From: Macrostomum lignano
Lineage: Eukaryota
DNA: 64,000 nt
Direction of reading: 5' to 3'
NCBI GenBank assembly: GCA_002269645.1
Contig: NIVC01000024.1
Coordinates: forward strand, 124,001-188,000
How positions within the stretch are numbered: position 1 is the stretch's first letter; the number at the start of each line of letters is the position of its first letter. The notes beneath the pieces were generated by a model. It saw nothing but the letters and a program-made list of their open reading frames with translations. It made no database searches and was not told the DNA's origin. The position numbers and the translations under genes are program-made. This document shows positions 25,396-38,155 of the stretch, piece after piece.

Positions 25396-28035
25396 TTAGA
25401 AACTTCCAAAAGCCTCCCAGACCATAGCAACAGCAGCGGCCGCTGATCCGCAGGCGGCTAGCCAAGCAAGTTTCGAGTCCGGACCTCCAGTTGTTCTGTT
25501 GCACAGATCCACAGAGCAGAAGCAGTACTCAGCACTGTAGCCGACAGGATTTTTAACCATTCTGCAGCCGTCGGAGTCATCCAACCATGTGCTACGGTTG
25601 AAAGCTATGCTGTCCTCAACTGTGTAACAGATTCGCAGCACCGTGTGCACGTAGGCGCCGATTTCTGAAAGTGTAGTCTTTGACTGTCAGTGGCAATGAC
25701 TCTCAGTGACATTTGACTGTCAGTGACAATTTGACTGTCAGTGACAATTGACTGTCAGTGACAATTGACTGTCAGCAGTGACAATTGACTGTCAGTGACA
25801 ATTTGACTGTCAGTGACAATTGACTGTCAGTGACAATTGACTGTCAGCAGTGACAATTGACTGTCAGTGGCAATGACTCTCAGTGACATTTGACTGTCAG
25901 TGACAATTTGACTGTCAGTGACAATTGACTGTCAGTGACAATTGACTGTCAGCAGTGACAATTGAGTGTCAGTGACAATTTGACTGTCAGTGACAATTGA
26001 CTGTCAGTGAAATTGACTGTCAGTGACAATTGACTGTCAGTGACAATTGACTGTCAATGACAATTGACTGTCAGTGACAATTGACTGTCAGTGACAATTG
26101 AATCTCAGTGACAATTGACTGTCAGTGAAATTGACTGTCAGTGACAATTGACTGTCAGTGACATTTGACTGTCAGTGACAATTGACCGTCAGTGACAATT
26201 GACTGTCAGTGACAATTTGACTGTCAGTGACAATTTGACTGTCAGTGACAATTGACTGTCAGTGACAATTGACTGTCAGTGACAATTGACTGTCAGTGAC
26301 AATTGACTGTCAGTGACAATTGACTGTCAGTGAAATTGACTGTCAGTGACAATTGACTGTCAGTGACAATTGAATCTCAGTGACAATTGACTGTCAGTGA
26401 CAATTGACTCACAGTGACAATTGACTGTCAGTGACAATTGACTGTCAGTGACAATTGACTGTCAGTGACAATTGACTGTCAGTGACAACTGACTGTCAGT
26501 GACAATTGAATCTCAGTGACAATTGACTGTCAGTGACAATTGACTCACAGTGACAATTGACTGTCAGTGACAATTGACTGTCAGTGACAATTGAATCTCA
26601 GTGACAATTGACTCACAGTGACTTTTGACTCACAGTGACTTTTGACTGTCAGTGACAATTGACTGTCAGTGACAATTTGACTATCAGTGATATTTGTCTC
26701 TTAATGACATTGACTGTCAGTGACAATGGACTGTCAGTGACAATTGGAGGACCTCATCTATTAAAAGAGCGAATTAATTAATTAAAGTTTTCATACTACT
26801 ACAAAAGTCAGTAGTTTAAGAGTATGAAAAATCGCGGTAATTCAAATTCAAACAATTGTACCACGCACAGTAACTCTCATCAACTCACCCCGCGAGTACT
26901 GGACCTGGGTCTGTCTGGCGCATTTTCCAGCGCCCCGAGGCATCGTGCAGGTGCTGCGACCGGCGATGGCGATGCACTTGAACAGCGACACGCCTGGCAG
27001 GTAGGAGGCCCGGCACTGGTGGCACGTCAGGGTGTCATTGTCTAGGCCGCAGTGGTGGGGGTTTAAAATGCTCGTTATAACACATGCAAACTCTGAGTTA
27101 TAGTTTCTTATGTATAAAGAGGATTGTGATCTTTGAGGATTGTGAATTGCTAAGAAGTCAAAGGCGATCATGGTGAAATTCTTAGGCTCAGAAAGAATTC
27201 ATGAAATGTTAAGGTTCATAGGGACAATTGCTGAAATGCTGTGGCTCATGGAGGATTTCTGAAGTTCTGTGGCTCATGCAATGCTCATGGGAAATTGCTG
27301 ATAAGTCAAGACTCAGGAGGAATTGCTGAAATGCTGCGGCTCTCGGCAGGGTAATGGTTCAATTATGAAATGAAAGACAAATGGGTGAATCGCTGAGATG
27401 TCAAGGCTCATAGAGGAGTTGCCGAAATGCTCTGGCTTATGTGGGTTGCTCAGATGCTTTGAGCCAAAGCTCATAGGCTAGATATAGTTGGCTTTCCGAG
27501 TGGGTGCTTTTTATAGTGACTGCACGAGCTACATGTACAAGGGCAAAACCATGATGTAGTTTATGAAAAAAATCTTTCCTTTCTTAATTGCGGCCTCCCC
27601 GACGGGGGGCGCAGGTTGCTAGTCCACTATACTAAAAATGATTTGTCTCTATCTATAGGTAGGTATCGTGTGTGGTTAATTTTTTAATCTAAGAATGGAT
27701 ATGACTGCATGCCTTCCTGGTTCAGGGTCGACTAATTACTAAAGCTATAATTTGAGATAAAATTATGCTTTTATGCTATACAGGAATGCGCCACTCAGAA
27801 AGGCGAAGTCTTAAATATTATTTGTTAATTTAAATGAGCCACCTAGTTGAATTCCGAAATCACCTGCAATCAGATCGCTTCCGAACTGGTGCTTTGACGA
27901 TTTTTGCACGTTCGAGGCGGCCGGCGTCAGCCGCCCAGGGTCCTCGGCTGTGCAGCAAGTCAAACCGATTAGTAGGGCCTGCAGAAGCAGCAACAGCAAT
28001 AACGGAGACAGATTGCTTCCGGTTGGTGAAGACAT
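25396..28035 (-). CDS. Ly6/uPAR three-finger (quiver/sleepless-like) GPI-anchored protein
   Basis: Exons 28035-27864, 27041-26889, 25664-25396 (phases 1/1); signal peptide, TCHQC, CFCSVDLCN and a hydrophobic C-terminal GPI-type tail. Confidence 0.85.
25680..26746 (-). repeat. 17-18 bp minisatellite (same family as 88-633) filling Ly6 intron 2
   Basis: About 60 units of GACTGTCAGTGACAATT. Confidence 0.97.
27170..27670 (+). mobile_element. Helitron-family remnant with 3'-end/5'-end junction
   Basis: Decayed AATTGCTGA..GGCTCA repeats (same family as 5920-6345, inverted), then CCCCGACGGGGGGCGCAGGTTGCTAG (to 27622) joined directly to TCCACTATACTAAAAATGA. Confidence 0.72.
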
Positions 28036-28619
28036 CTTGTGTTTCAATTCTGTGTTCTTTTGCGGATGGAGCTTGTCGATGCGAAATGAGAAGAACTGCA
28101 GAAATTTGAAAGCTCGCCCTAATTTATTTGCCCCACGGAAGACATGCGAAAGAAGTTTTTCTGTGTGCGCTTGATGGCGGAGACCTGTCAGGTTCAAGGA
28201 TTATAACATCCAGCTGGACAAACCTTGAAAAGCGCCAAAAGAAACCGCGCTACCATGGCTGCAGGGCAGCTAGAGAGAATGGGAGGACAAAGAGGTCTAT
28301 GCTTTTTGAACGCGAAGGATTAATCAAAAAACTTTTCTGCTTTCCACTTTGCTTTTTCCCTGCCCGTTGTTTCGCCCGGATTTGGCAACCCTTCAGTTTC
28401 TCTCCATCAAAATCAAATTTGACAAGGACAGTCTGCGCGACAGAGAAGACACAGCTGGACCAGAAGGCAATCTGTGTCTACATCTAGTTCAGAAACCTAT
28501 AAACCTGAAAAGTGCGCACTTGCACAAGGGTTACGCACGCTTAAGGAATTTTAGGGAAGGAAACTACGAAGGGTGTTCAAAAAATCGGGAAATCCGATGG
28601 TGCTAGTAAAATGCGTTTT

Positions 28620-29300
28620 GCAAGCACTCATTTTAGCGCCGCAGGCACTCATTTCAGCGCCGCAGGCACTCATTTTAGCGCCGCAGGCACTCATTTTAGC
28701 GCCGCAGGCACTCATTTTAGCGCCGCAGGCACTCATTTTAGCGCCGCAGGCACTCATTTCAGCGCCGCAGGCACTCATTTTAGCGCCGCAGGCACTCATT
28801 TCAGCGCCGCAGGCACTCATTTTAGCGCCGCAGGCACTCATTTTAGCGCCACAGGCACTCATTTCAGCGCCGCAGGCACTCATTTTAGCGCCGCAGGCAC
28901 TCATTTTAGCGCCGCAGGCACTCATTTTAGCGCCGCAGGCACTCATTTTTAGCGCCGCAGGCACTCATTTTAGCGCCGCAGGCACTCATTTTAGCGCCGC
29001 AGGCACTCATTTTAGCGCCGCAGGCACTCATTTCAGCGCCGCAGGCACTCATTTTAGCGCCGCAGGCACTCATTTTAGCGCCACAGTCACTCATTTTAGC
29101 GCCGCAGGCACTCATTTCAGCGCCACATGCACACATTTTAGCGCCACAGTCACTCATTTTAGCGCCGCAGGCAATCTTTGGCGCTGCAGGCTCTCATTTT
29201 AGCGCCACATGCACACATTTCAGCGCCACAGTCACTCATTTCAGCGCCGCAGGCACTCATTTTAGCGCCGCAGGCAATCTTTGGCGCTACAGGCTCTCAT
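28620..29300 (+). repeat. 21-bp minisatellite (TTTTAGCGCCGCAGGCACTCA)
   Basis: About 30 units; possibly inside a degenerate MITE (28505-29402). Confidence 0.96.
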
Positions 29301-30072
29301 TTTGGAGCCCTGAAGCAATTTTTTTTTTCGTAACGAGTCACAATTGTTTGTGTGTGGGGAGGGGACATGCCCCCTGTCCCCCCCCCAGTGGCACATGCAC
29401 TAGACATAAGTTTCACAAAAATAGATTTTCAATATCAGATGCTTACGAGGCACTCATGTATTATTAAACATCTATTAAACATTAGATGTTTAATACTCGT
29501 AGATGTTTAATATCATAATTAGAAATTCGAAAAACGTTCTCCTACACCTCTGCATGCACCTCTGTCATTGCTAAGTCTCCTCTTGGCTTGGAATATTTTC
29601 GTTCGCCTCTGAGTTTCCCTATCGAAAGTGAGTTTGAAAGGCCAAAGTGAATAATTAATATTGAAAATTTACTGCCCTAATTTGTAGCTCGGTACCAATG
29701 TAAAGCGAATATCTTTGTTTTATCAAGACAATTCAATTTATTGAATCAATTAACACTGATTGAATGTAATCGGGGGGCGTGATTTACAATATGCAAAAAT
29801 ACAATCTGAAATGCTGCTAATGAGCAAAACCATTACTTACTACTGCACAATACTCAATCAGTAGTCAGTTGCCAATTCAAGTTTGCATAGTAACCAGTGC
29901 TAGGTGATTAAAGGAAAATGCGCTTGCACAAATGACAAAAAAACAATGCAACAATGAACATGCCAATGCTGTTTCTGAATAGTATAGCAAAAACTACAGG
30001 TTGATCAAAACAATAATTTTGTCACTATGATGTTGTTGCCACTAAAAATTAACCTTGCTTAGAGGTAAAAAG

Positions 30073-30305
30073 GGGGTTCGTCAGGAGTGTACATTGTGAC
30101 TGGGGGGATGGGGGTTGGTTGGTCAGGAGTGTACATTGTGACTGGGGGGGTGGGGGTTGGTTGGTCAGGAGTGTACATTGTGACTGGGGGATGGGGGTTG
30201 GTTGGTCAGGAGTGTACATTGTGACTGGGGGGATGGGGGTTGGTTGGTCAGGAGTGTACATTGTGACTGGGGGTGGGGGCTGGTCAGGAGTGTACATTCG
30301 TGGGT
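30073..30305 (+). repeat. ~40-bp G-rich minisatellite (GGAGTGTACATTGTGACTGGGGG..)
   Basis: About 6 units immediately after the neugrin-like B stop codon. Confidence 0.92.
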
Positions 30306-31347
30306 CATAAATCAGCTGTCTGCCTCTCCAACTGCCTTCTCTCCTGAGCCAGGCGCCACTCGTTCATGAGCCGCGCCAGCTCGGCCAGGCAGTCGTCGCC
30401 AGGAGCCGAGTAGCCGGGCAGCTCGTGCAGGCCGCAGGCGTTCTGCATCAGCGGCAGCTTGTCCAGCACCTGCAGCCACCTGTAGCCAATTAAGAATCGC
30501 CGATTAGAACGGAGCATCTGGCAGATTGAGCGCCAACGGCGACGGACAATGAGGTCGTGATCGGCCACCAGTTTGGCGTCGGACAGCATCTGGGACAGCT
30601 CCCTCTGGCGCAGGGAGGACAGCAGACTGGCGCAGGACTGCGGCGGAGTAGGGAGAGAATGAGGTTGGGAAAGGAGATCAAGTGGTCTGCTTAGAACCAA
30701 TAAAAATTCCAATTTCTTTGTTCAGGATTCTAAGCACGAATGATCTGAACTCTAAGCTTCGAGATCTGAACTCTAAGCTTCGAGATCTGAACTCTAAGCT
30801 TCGATATCTGGACTCTAAGCTTCGAGATCTGGACTCTAAGCTTCAAGGTCTGAACTCTAAGCTTCGAGATCTGGACTCTAAGCTTCGAGATCTGGACTAT
30901 AAGCTTCGAGATCTGAACTCTAAGCTTCGAGATCTCTGGACTCTAAGCTTCGAGATCTGAACTCTAAGCTTCGAGATATGGACTCTAAGATTTGAGGTGT
31001 GGACCTTCTAGGATAAAAAATCGCGTTACTCTAAACTATCTCACCTGCTCGCTAATAGGAAACTGTCTCGCCAATTTCCGAGCAGTGAACTCCGGCGATT
31101 TAGTACTGTTCAGCAGTAGTATCTGATACTTAGCACCCAGGGTCAGTACGCAAAGCTGCTTGCGAGCGGGCTCTGATTTGATAAAACTCGAATACTTTTT
31201 GTAAGATTTTGCATCTCGCGCAGACAAAGTTGACTGAGTGTGATCAGTAGTGCCGACGCAGAGAGTTCTTGAAGGCTGGTGAATCAGCCAAAGTGTTGAA
31301 GCTGTTGAAGTCCTGCAGCACAATTGCGCGGAGAGTAAACCGCGCAT
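30305..31347 (-). CDS. Neugrin/Rrg9-like mitochondrial protein (paralog B)
   Basis: Exons 31347-31045 and 30637-30305 (phase 0, 211 aa); presequence-like N-terminus; LTLGAKYQILLL..F.ARKLARQFPIS..LLSS aligns with recalled neugrin LTWEAMEQIRYLH..W...LAEGFDVS..VLKS. Confidence 0.65.
30740..30990 (+). repeat. 21-bp intronic minisatellite (TCTGAACTCTAAGCTTCGAGA)
   Basis: About 12 units. Confidence 0.95.
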
Positions 31348-31504
31348 AGCTGATTGAAGGGGCTGAGACAACTGGAATGGAATGACAATAAAAAACTATT
31401 TTCTTAATATTGAAAGATTCATTCAGAAACAAAACTTACCTGAAGTATATGTCAACTAACAGTGATATATCTATCTATTTCTCAAGTCTGATCAAGTATT
31501 CTCA

Positions 31505-32505
31505 GATTCGCTGATCTGTTATCTACTTCTCGAGTCTACTTCAGCTGATCTGTTATGTACTTCTCGAGTCTACTTCCGCTGATCTGTTATCTACTTCTCG
31601 AGTCTACTTCAGCTGATCTGTTATGTACTTCTCGAGTCTACTTCAGCTGATCTGTTATCTACTTCTCGAGTCTACTTCAGCTGATCTGTTATGTACTTCT
31701 CGAGTCTACTTCAGCTGATCTGTTATCTACTTCTCGAGTCTACTTCAGCTGATCTGTTATGTACTTCTCGAGTCTACTTCAGCTGATCTGTTATCTACTT
31801 CTCGAGTCTACTTCAGCTGATCTGTTATGTACTTCTCGAGTCTACTTCAGCTGATCTGTTATCTACTTCTCGAGTCTACTTCAGCTGATCTGTTATGTAC
31901 TTCTCGAGTCTACTTCAGCTGATCTGTTATCTACTTCTCGAGTCTACTTCAGCTGATCTGTTATGTACTTCTCGAGTCTACTTCAGCTGATCTGTTATGT
32001 ACTTCTCGAGTCTACTTCAGCTGATCTGTTATCTACTTCTCGAGTCTACTTCAGCTGATCTGTTATGTACTTCTCGAGTCTACTTCAGCTGATCTGTTAT
32101 CTACTTCTCGAGTCTACTTCAGCTGATCTGTTATGTACTTCTCGAGTCTACTTCAGCTGATCTGTTATCTACTTCTCGAGTCTACTTCAGCTGATCTGTT
32201 ATGTACTTCTCGAGTCTACTTCAGCTGATCTGTTATGTACTTCTCGAGTCTACTTCAGCTGATCTGTTATCTACTTCTCGAGTCTACTTCAGCTGATCTG
32301 TTATGTACTTCTCGAGTCTACTTCAGCTATCTGTTATGTACTTCTCGAGTCTACTTCAGCTGATCTGTTATGTACTTCTCGAGTCTACTTCAGCTGATCT
32401 GTTATCTACTTCTCGAGTCTACTTCAGCTGATCTGTTATGTACTTCTCGAGTCTACTTCAGCTGATCTGTTATGTACTTCTCGAGTCTACTTCGCTGGTC
32501 TATTA
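31505..32505 (+). repeat. 34-bp minisatellite (CTCGAGTCTACTTCAGCTGATCTGTTAT[C/G]TACTT)
   Basis: About 29 units, largely alternating C/G variants, between the two neugrin-like genes. Confidence 0.97.
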
Positions 32506-32765
32506 TCTAGTTCATAAGCTCCGTTCGTTAATCAATCTACCTATCAAGTCTAGTTCTGCAAATCTATCTACTTTATAGTTACAATCAAGCAATTTGTAAC
32601 ACTTAAACTACAAAAAAATTTGGAACCCCGTAAAGTTTTGGAGCTAAATGGTAACATTGAGGAACAGTTGGTGTTATTTATCAGAGTTCACTAAATTACA
32701 CAAAGAAAAGCTAACTGGTTGAAACGCACATCATACATAAAACAATGGCAGACACTAGGCCAATT

Positions 32766-35700
32766 TCATTTGTCATAAATAAACTTTTCGCTAAAGTCAA
32801 ATCCTTCCAAACGCCTTTTGAATTGATATCTCTCCGATTCAGGCGAGTCCGCCTTCCGCTGACTCAGTTTGGCCACCAATAGCGACAGCTCCTGTCGAGC
32901 GGCTTCCAGATCCGTCCGAGACGAGGCCAGGGCTGCTTCAGCCTGCGAGTGGGAATTGGAAACGACACAGTGGCCTTTTAATTTAAAGTAATTTACACAA
33001 CAAATGGGCAATTAGCATTCATTTACACAATGAAGACGCATTCAGCTCTGTAAAGTTATTTACACAACATATCGGCAAAAATTCATTTTGAACACAATGA
33101 AGACGCATTCAGCTCTGTAAAGTTATTAACACAACATATCGGCAAAAATTCATTTTGAACACAATGAAGACGCATTCAGCTCTGTAAAGTTATTAACACA
33201 ACATATCGGCAAAAATTCATTTTGAACACAATGAAGACGTATTCAACTCTGTAAAGTTATTTACACAACATATCGGCAAAAATTCATTTTGAACACAATG
33301 AAGACGCATTCAGCTCTGTAAAGTTATTTACACAACATATCGGCAAAAATTCATTTTGAACACAATGAAGACGTATTCAACTCTGTAAAGTTATTTACAC
33401 AACATATCGGCAAAAATTCATTTTGAACACAATGAAGACGTATTCAACTCTGTAAAGTTATTTACACAACATATCGGCAAAAATTCATTTTGAACACAAT
33501 GAAGACGCATTCAGCTCTGTAAAGTTATTAACACAACATATCGGCAAAAATTCATTTTGAACACAATGAAGACGCATTCAGCTCTGTAAAGTTATTAACA
33601 CAACATATCGGCAAAATTCATTTTGAACACAATGAAGACGTATTTAGATTTGTAAAGTTATTTACACAACATATCGCAAAGCATTCATTTACAGAATAAA
33701 GACGTATTTAGATTTGTAAAGTTATTTACACAACACATCGGCAATTAGCATTCATTTACGCAATGAATGCGTATTTGCCTTTGTATGTAAAGTTATTTAC
33801 ACAACATATCGGCAAACATTCATTTTGAAAACAATGAATGAAGGCGTAATTAGACTTATTAAGTCATTTACACAGCATATCAGTAAATCATTTATTTACA
33901 CAATGAAGGCGTATTCGGCTTTGTAAAGTTATTTACAACATATCGGCAAAGCATTCATTTAAATAATGAAGAGTTGAAGACATATTCAGCTTTATAAAGT
34001 AACTTACAAAACATATCGGCAAACTAAGCATTTACACAATGAAAAATGCAGCTCTATAAAGTTATTTATACAACATATCGGCAAAAAGTAATTTTGAACA
34101 CATTTTTTAAAAACGTATTCAACAATCTAAGCATTTACACAATGAAAAATGCAGCTCTATAAAGTTATTTATACAACATATCGGCAAAGCATTTGCACAC
34201 CTGAGCCAGAAAGCCATTCTCGTCGCAGTAAAATCCGGCCACTAATCGTTCCATCTGGCCGGCCTCTCCGCCCATACGCAGCGGCGATTGGCGACTTTCC
34301 AGTTTCGATGCATTTGCGTCATCTTCGTGACAATAATAAGCCAGATCGGGATTGCCGGCAGCGAACTGCAGCAGGCCCAGTTTGCTGGCATCTTCTCTTA
34401 GCCAGGCCAGACCGGATCTCGAGGCATCCAACGGCCGTTCGAGCAGAGGCCAAACTCGCAGCCGAATCTGATTGTCGGAGCGTTGAATGTCAGCCGGCCA
34501 GCGCAGTTCAACAAAGTCAGCTAGCAGGCGACGGGCGGCGGCCTCGGTTAGGGGAAAAGCTTGGGATAGGGAGGCCGGGTGCCACGTCTGCTGGTTGGAG
34601 TGGCAGAGCGGTGCATGTTGCCGGCTTTTTATGCTTTGTTTTACTGCATAAGCGTAATTTAAGATAACATACGAGGGGCGTCCCAAAAGCTCCCGGAATG
34701 TCTAACGTAGCTCTTCAACAGAGCCAGGAAATTTCACGCCCATGGTGTCAAATGAAAGGAAATTTTGTCACAAAGAATACAAAGTTAAAATCATGTTGAT
34801 ATCTTTTTTTATTCAAGAGCTACAGCAAGAAACTTGCACAAAGGTCAGGGGTAGTGTTACACAACCTCAACAATCTATGGCAATAATTTTTTCATCTCCA
34901 TTTTTGGAGTTTTTCATTTTGAATTCATTCACAGCAGACTGGCCATCTCTAAAGCGTTCGATCCATCCGTAAATTGCAGTTTTTTTCAGGCTGTTCTCAC
35001 CGTGGATGGAGAATAAATGGTCAGAAATCTTGGCTCCACTCCATCCTACTGACCAAAGGGCAAAAATTTGACTTCGCTGACTTTCAAGGCTCTGAAGAGA
35101 ACTCATTTTCGCAAAGAAATTTCAAGTTGAAAGCAAGCGCTTGGTACGAATTATCTGCACTCGCGCAAAAGCTCAGATTAGCTTTATGGGCATTTCTGTT
35201 TTTTTCCATAGACACTACCACGTCTTTCTGACACGTCAGTAGCACGAATTCAAAATGAAAAACTCTAAAAATGGAGATGAAAAAATTATTGCCATAGATT
35301 GTTGAGGTTGTGTAACACTACCCCTGACCTTTGCGCAAGTTTCTTGCTGTAGCTCTTGAATAAAAAAAGATATCAACATGATTTTAACTTTGTATTCTTT
35401 GTGACAAAATTTCCTTTCATTTGACACCATGGGCGTGAAATTTCATGGCTCTGTTGAAGAGCTACGTTAGACATTCCGGGAACTTTTGGGACACCCCTCG
35501 TACATTAGCCTAAAGTAACCGACCTCAGTATCAACAGCAGGAAATAAGACATTGTTATCAACAGAAAATACCCTTGAACAAGCAGTAAAATACCCCTAAA
35601 CAGACTGCAAAAACACCCCAAACACATGCAGCAAAATACCCCATAAACATGCAGCAAAAATACCCCTAAACAGACTGCAAAAACACCCCAAACACATGCA

Positions 35701-36886
35701 GCAAAGATACCCCAAAACAGGCAGCAAAAATACCCCAAACACATGCAGCAAAATACCCCTAAACAGGCAGCAAAAATACCCCAAAACAGGCAGCAAAAAT
35801 ACCCCAAAACAGACAGCAAAAATACCCCAAAACAGGCAGCAAAAATAACCCAAACACATGCAGCAAAGATACCCCAAAACAGGCAGCAAAAATACCCCAA
35901 AACAGGCAGCAAAAATACCCCAAAACAGGCAGCAAAAATACCCCATAAACAGGCAGCAAAGATACCCCAAAACATACAGCAAAGATACCCCAAAACAGGC
36001 AGCAAAAATACCCCATAAACAGGCAGCAAAGATACCCCAAAACATGCAGCAAAGATACCCCAAAACATGCAGCAAAGATAACCTAAAACAGGCAGCAAAA
36101 ATACCCCAAAACAGGCAGCAAAAATACCCCATAAACAGGCAGCAAAGATACCCCAAAACATGCAGCAAAGATACCCCAAAACAGGCAGCAAAGATACCCC
36201 AAAACATGCAGCAAAGATAACCCAAAACAGGCAGCAATAATACCCCAAAACAGGCAGCAAAAACACCCCAAACACATGCAGCAAAAATACCCCAAAACAG
36301 GCAGCAAAAATACCCCAAAACAGGCAGCAAAAATACCCCAAAACAGGCAGCAAAATTAACCCATAAACAGACAGCAAAAACACCCCAAACAATGCAGCAA
36401 AGATACCCCAGACCAGGCTGCAGACACAAAGAAGACACAAACCTCAGGATCGGATCGATGCAGCAGCACGGCCTGCCTTCTAGCGCAGTAGAGCAGCACA
36501 GAGGCCTCCCCGGCAGCGAGCGCCGGCAGGTACCGAGTTGCAGCGGCCCGAATAGCCGCCGAACGACGCGTCCGACGTTTGGCATCGGCCAGTTTGTCAT
36601 CAATTCTAGAAGCAAGAGCTGGCGAAGCCACCATGCCGGACAGTTCGTCCAAAGCAGACTCCGCGCTTGAAGCCAACAGTTCGGATGAGTTCAACTCGGA
36701 TTTGGCCATAGCAACGGCATTGTCAGCGTTCTTGGCAAGGCGTCGTTGACGGTTGCCGCGCGATGGCGACTGGCGACGATTTCGGGCAGCTGAACTGTCG
36801 CTGCTGCTCCAGCGCGCCAGTGGTGCAGCTAAGGCGCGACAGTGCGCCAACTCGCCTACTGATAGTAACGCTTTAAGTGAATTCAT
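32766..36886 (-). CDS. Neugrin/Rrg9-like mitochondrial protein (paralog A)
   Basis: Exons 36886-36443, 34587-34201, 32942-32766 (phase 0/0, 335 aa); ARRQAVLLHRSDPETWHPASLSQAFPLTEAAARRLL aligns without gaps to recalled neugrin AMEQIRYLHEEFPESWSVPRLAEGFDVSTDVIRRVL. Confidence 0.72.
33020..34190 (+). repeat. ~67-bp intronic minisatellite
   Basis: About 17 units, decaying toward the donor site at 34200. Confidence 0.95.
34672..35500 (-). mobile_element. Mariner-derived non-autonomous element with ~255-bp inverted arms
   Basis: Ends CGAGGGGCGTCCCAAAAG / CTTTTGGGACACCCCTCG with TA TSD; central truncated transposase HTH (IHGENSLKKTAIYGWIERFRDG) on the minus strand. Confidence 0.9.
35570..36410 (+). 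repeat. 22-24 bp intronic minisatellite (CCCCAAAACAGGCAGCAAAAATA)
   Basis: About 36 variant units. Confidence 0.95.
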
Positions 36887-38001
36887 GCAAGAGATTTCGA
36901 ACAGACTTGGACTCTGTGTGATTTAATTGCATGCATTTATTATGCATTATGCAGATGTTAATTCAAAGATTCTGTGTGCGACCAATGGATTGCATAAATA
37001 ATTCTGCCTCATTATTCCTTTTGGGGTCATGAGCTAATAGTATTGGCATGAGGCAAGCTTTTGTGATTCTATTAGGCTAATATTAAGTTTTTTTGACAAA
37101 GGTGTTAATGACATTCCTCTGTTGACCTGGCTTATGCAACTTTTCAATACTATATGTTAACCATTTGCCACATTAGAATAAAGTTTTTAAATCGCAATTA
37201 ATCCAGAATCCAGATTGGCTAGGTCAGCCATCAGTTGCACTGAATGTATGCTGGGCTCCTATTTATAGGGGAAGTCATATGCGCCAAGACCATCTCTAGC
37301 ACCATCTCTCTATCATTGTACTAAGACCAGTAGAGAACTGCCAAATTTGTACAAATGTTTTAACTAATCTTATATAATATAATAACTAAATTATAATTAT
37401 AATTAAGCTAGGCCTAAACAGAATAGCTTACATAATTAGCTAGGTTTAATGCATATATTTTATAAAAGCCTATGTTTAGTAACTTATCAATAGTCAAAAC
37501 TATCATTATCAATATTAAAATAATAATAGGCAATACAAAAATCAAAAGCTAGGTTTTTGGGCCAAATGGGTTTTTTTGCCCTTTAAAACTCTCATTGGCA
37601 ATAGGATTTTTGGTATCAAAGGCCAATCTGGCAACTTTATTTTCTTTATGCTAGTTACCAATTTCAAAAAATTATTTTGTAAATATAATAAAAGTACCAT
37701 ATAGATATGAATTGATATAATAAAATTATTTGTTTGATATTGTTTGCAGTATATATAGCAATCTTGGAGTTTAGAGAAATAAGTTTTGCTCTTTAAATAC
37801 AACCTTGGAAATATTCATTCTCAATAATTTGGATAGTTGCCAACCTAATGGGCAATTGAAAATAGCCATTGGCAACTAGATTTTGAACCCTAAAGACCAG
37901 CTGGCAGCTGGATTTCTAACCTTAGCCTAAAAAAACCTATATTAGATTATCAGAAGCTAATATTAACTGCTTTGCTAATTATTTAATATAGTCATGCTTG
38001 A

Positions 38002-38155
38002 ACACAACCTAGGGATTCACCTGGCTATTTCTATTGGCAACACACACATGTAAGTCACTATTAAATGGAATAGTAATCACATGAATGCTTTTAGCCAATA
38101 GACTTACATGTGTGTGTCGCCAATAGAAATGGCTAAGTGATTCCAAAGGTTGTGC
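38002..38155. mobile_element. CpG-decayed copy of the 4204-4350 MITE
   Basis: CTAGGGATTCACCTGGCTATTTCTATTGGCAACACACACATGTAAGTC shared with 4211-4258. Confidence 0.75.

Noticed and set aside
28505-29402. MITE enclosing the 21-bp satellite
   Set aside because: The terminal similarity is weak and no TSD could be identified, so it is not called.
35505-36615. Cys-rich hydrophobic ORFs (CCLFWGIFAA repeats)
   Set aside because: Satellite translations in intron 1 of neugrin-like A.
37238-37272. TATA (TATAAATAG) plus Inr-like TCAGT on the minus strand upstream of neugrin-like A
   Set aside because: A plausible promoter, but short motifs in AT-rich DNA cannot be supported without TSS data.
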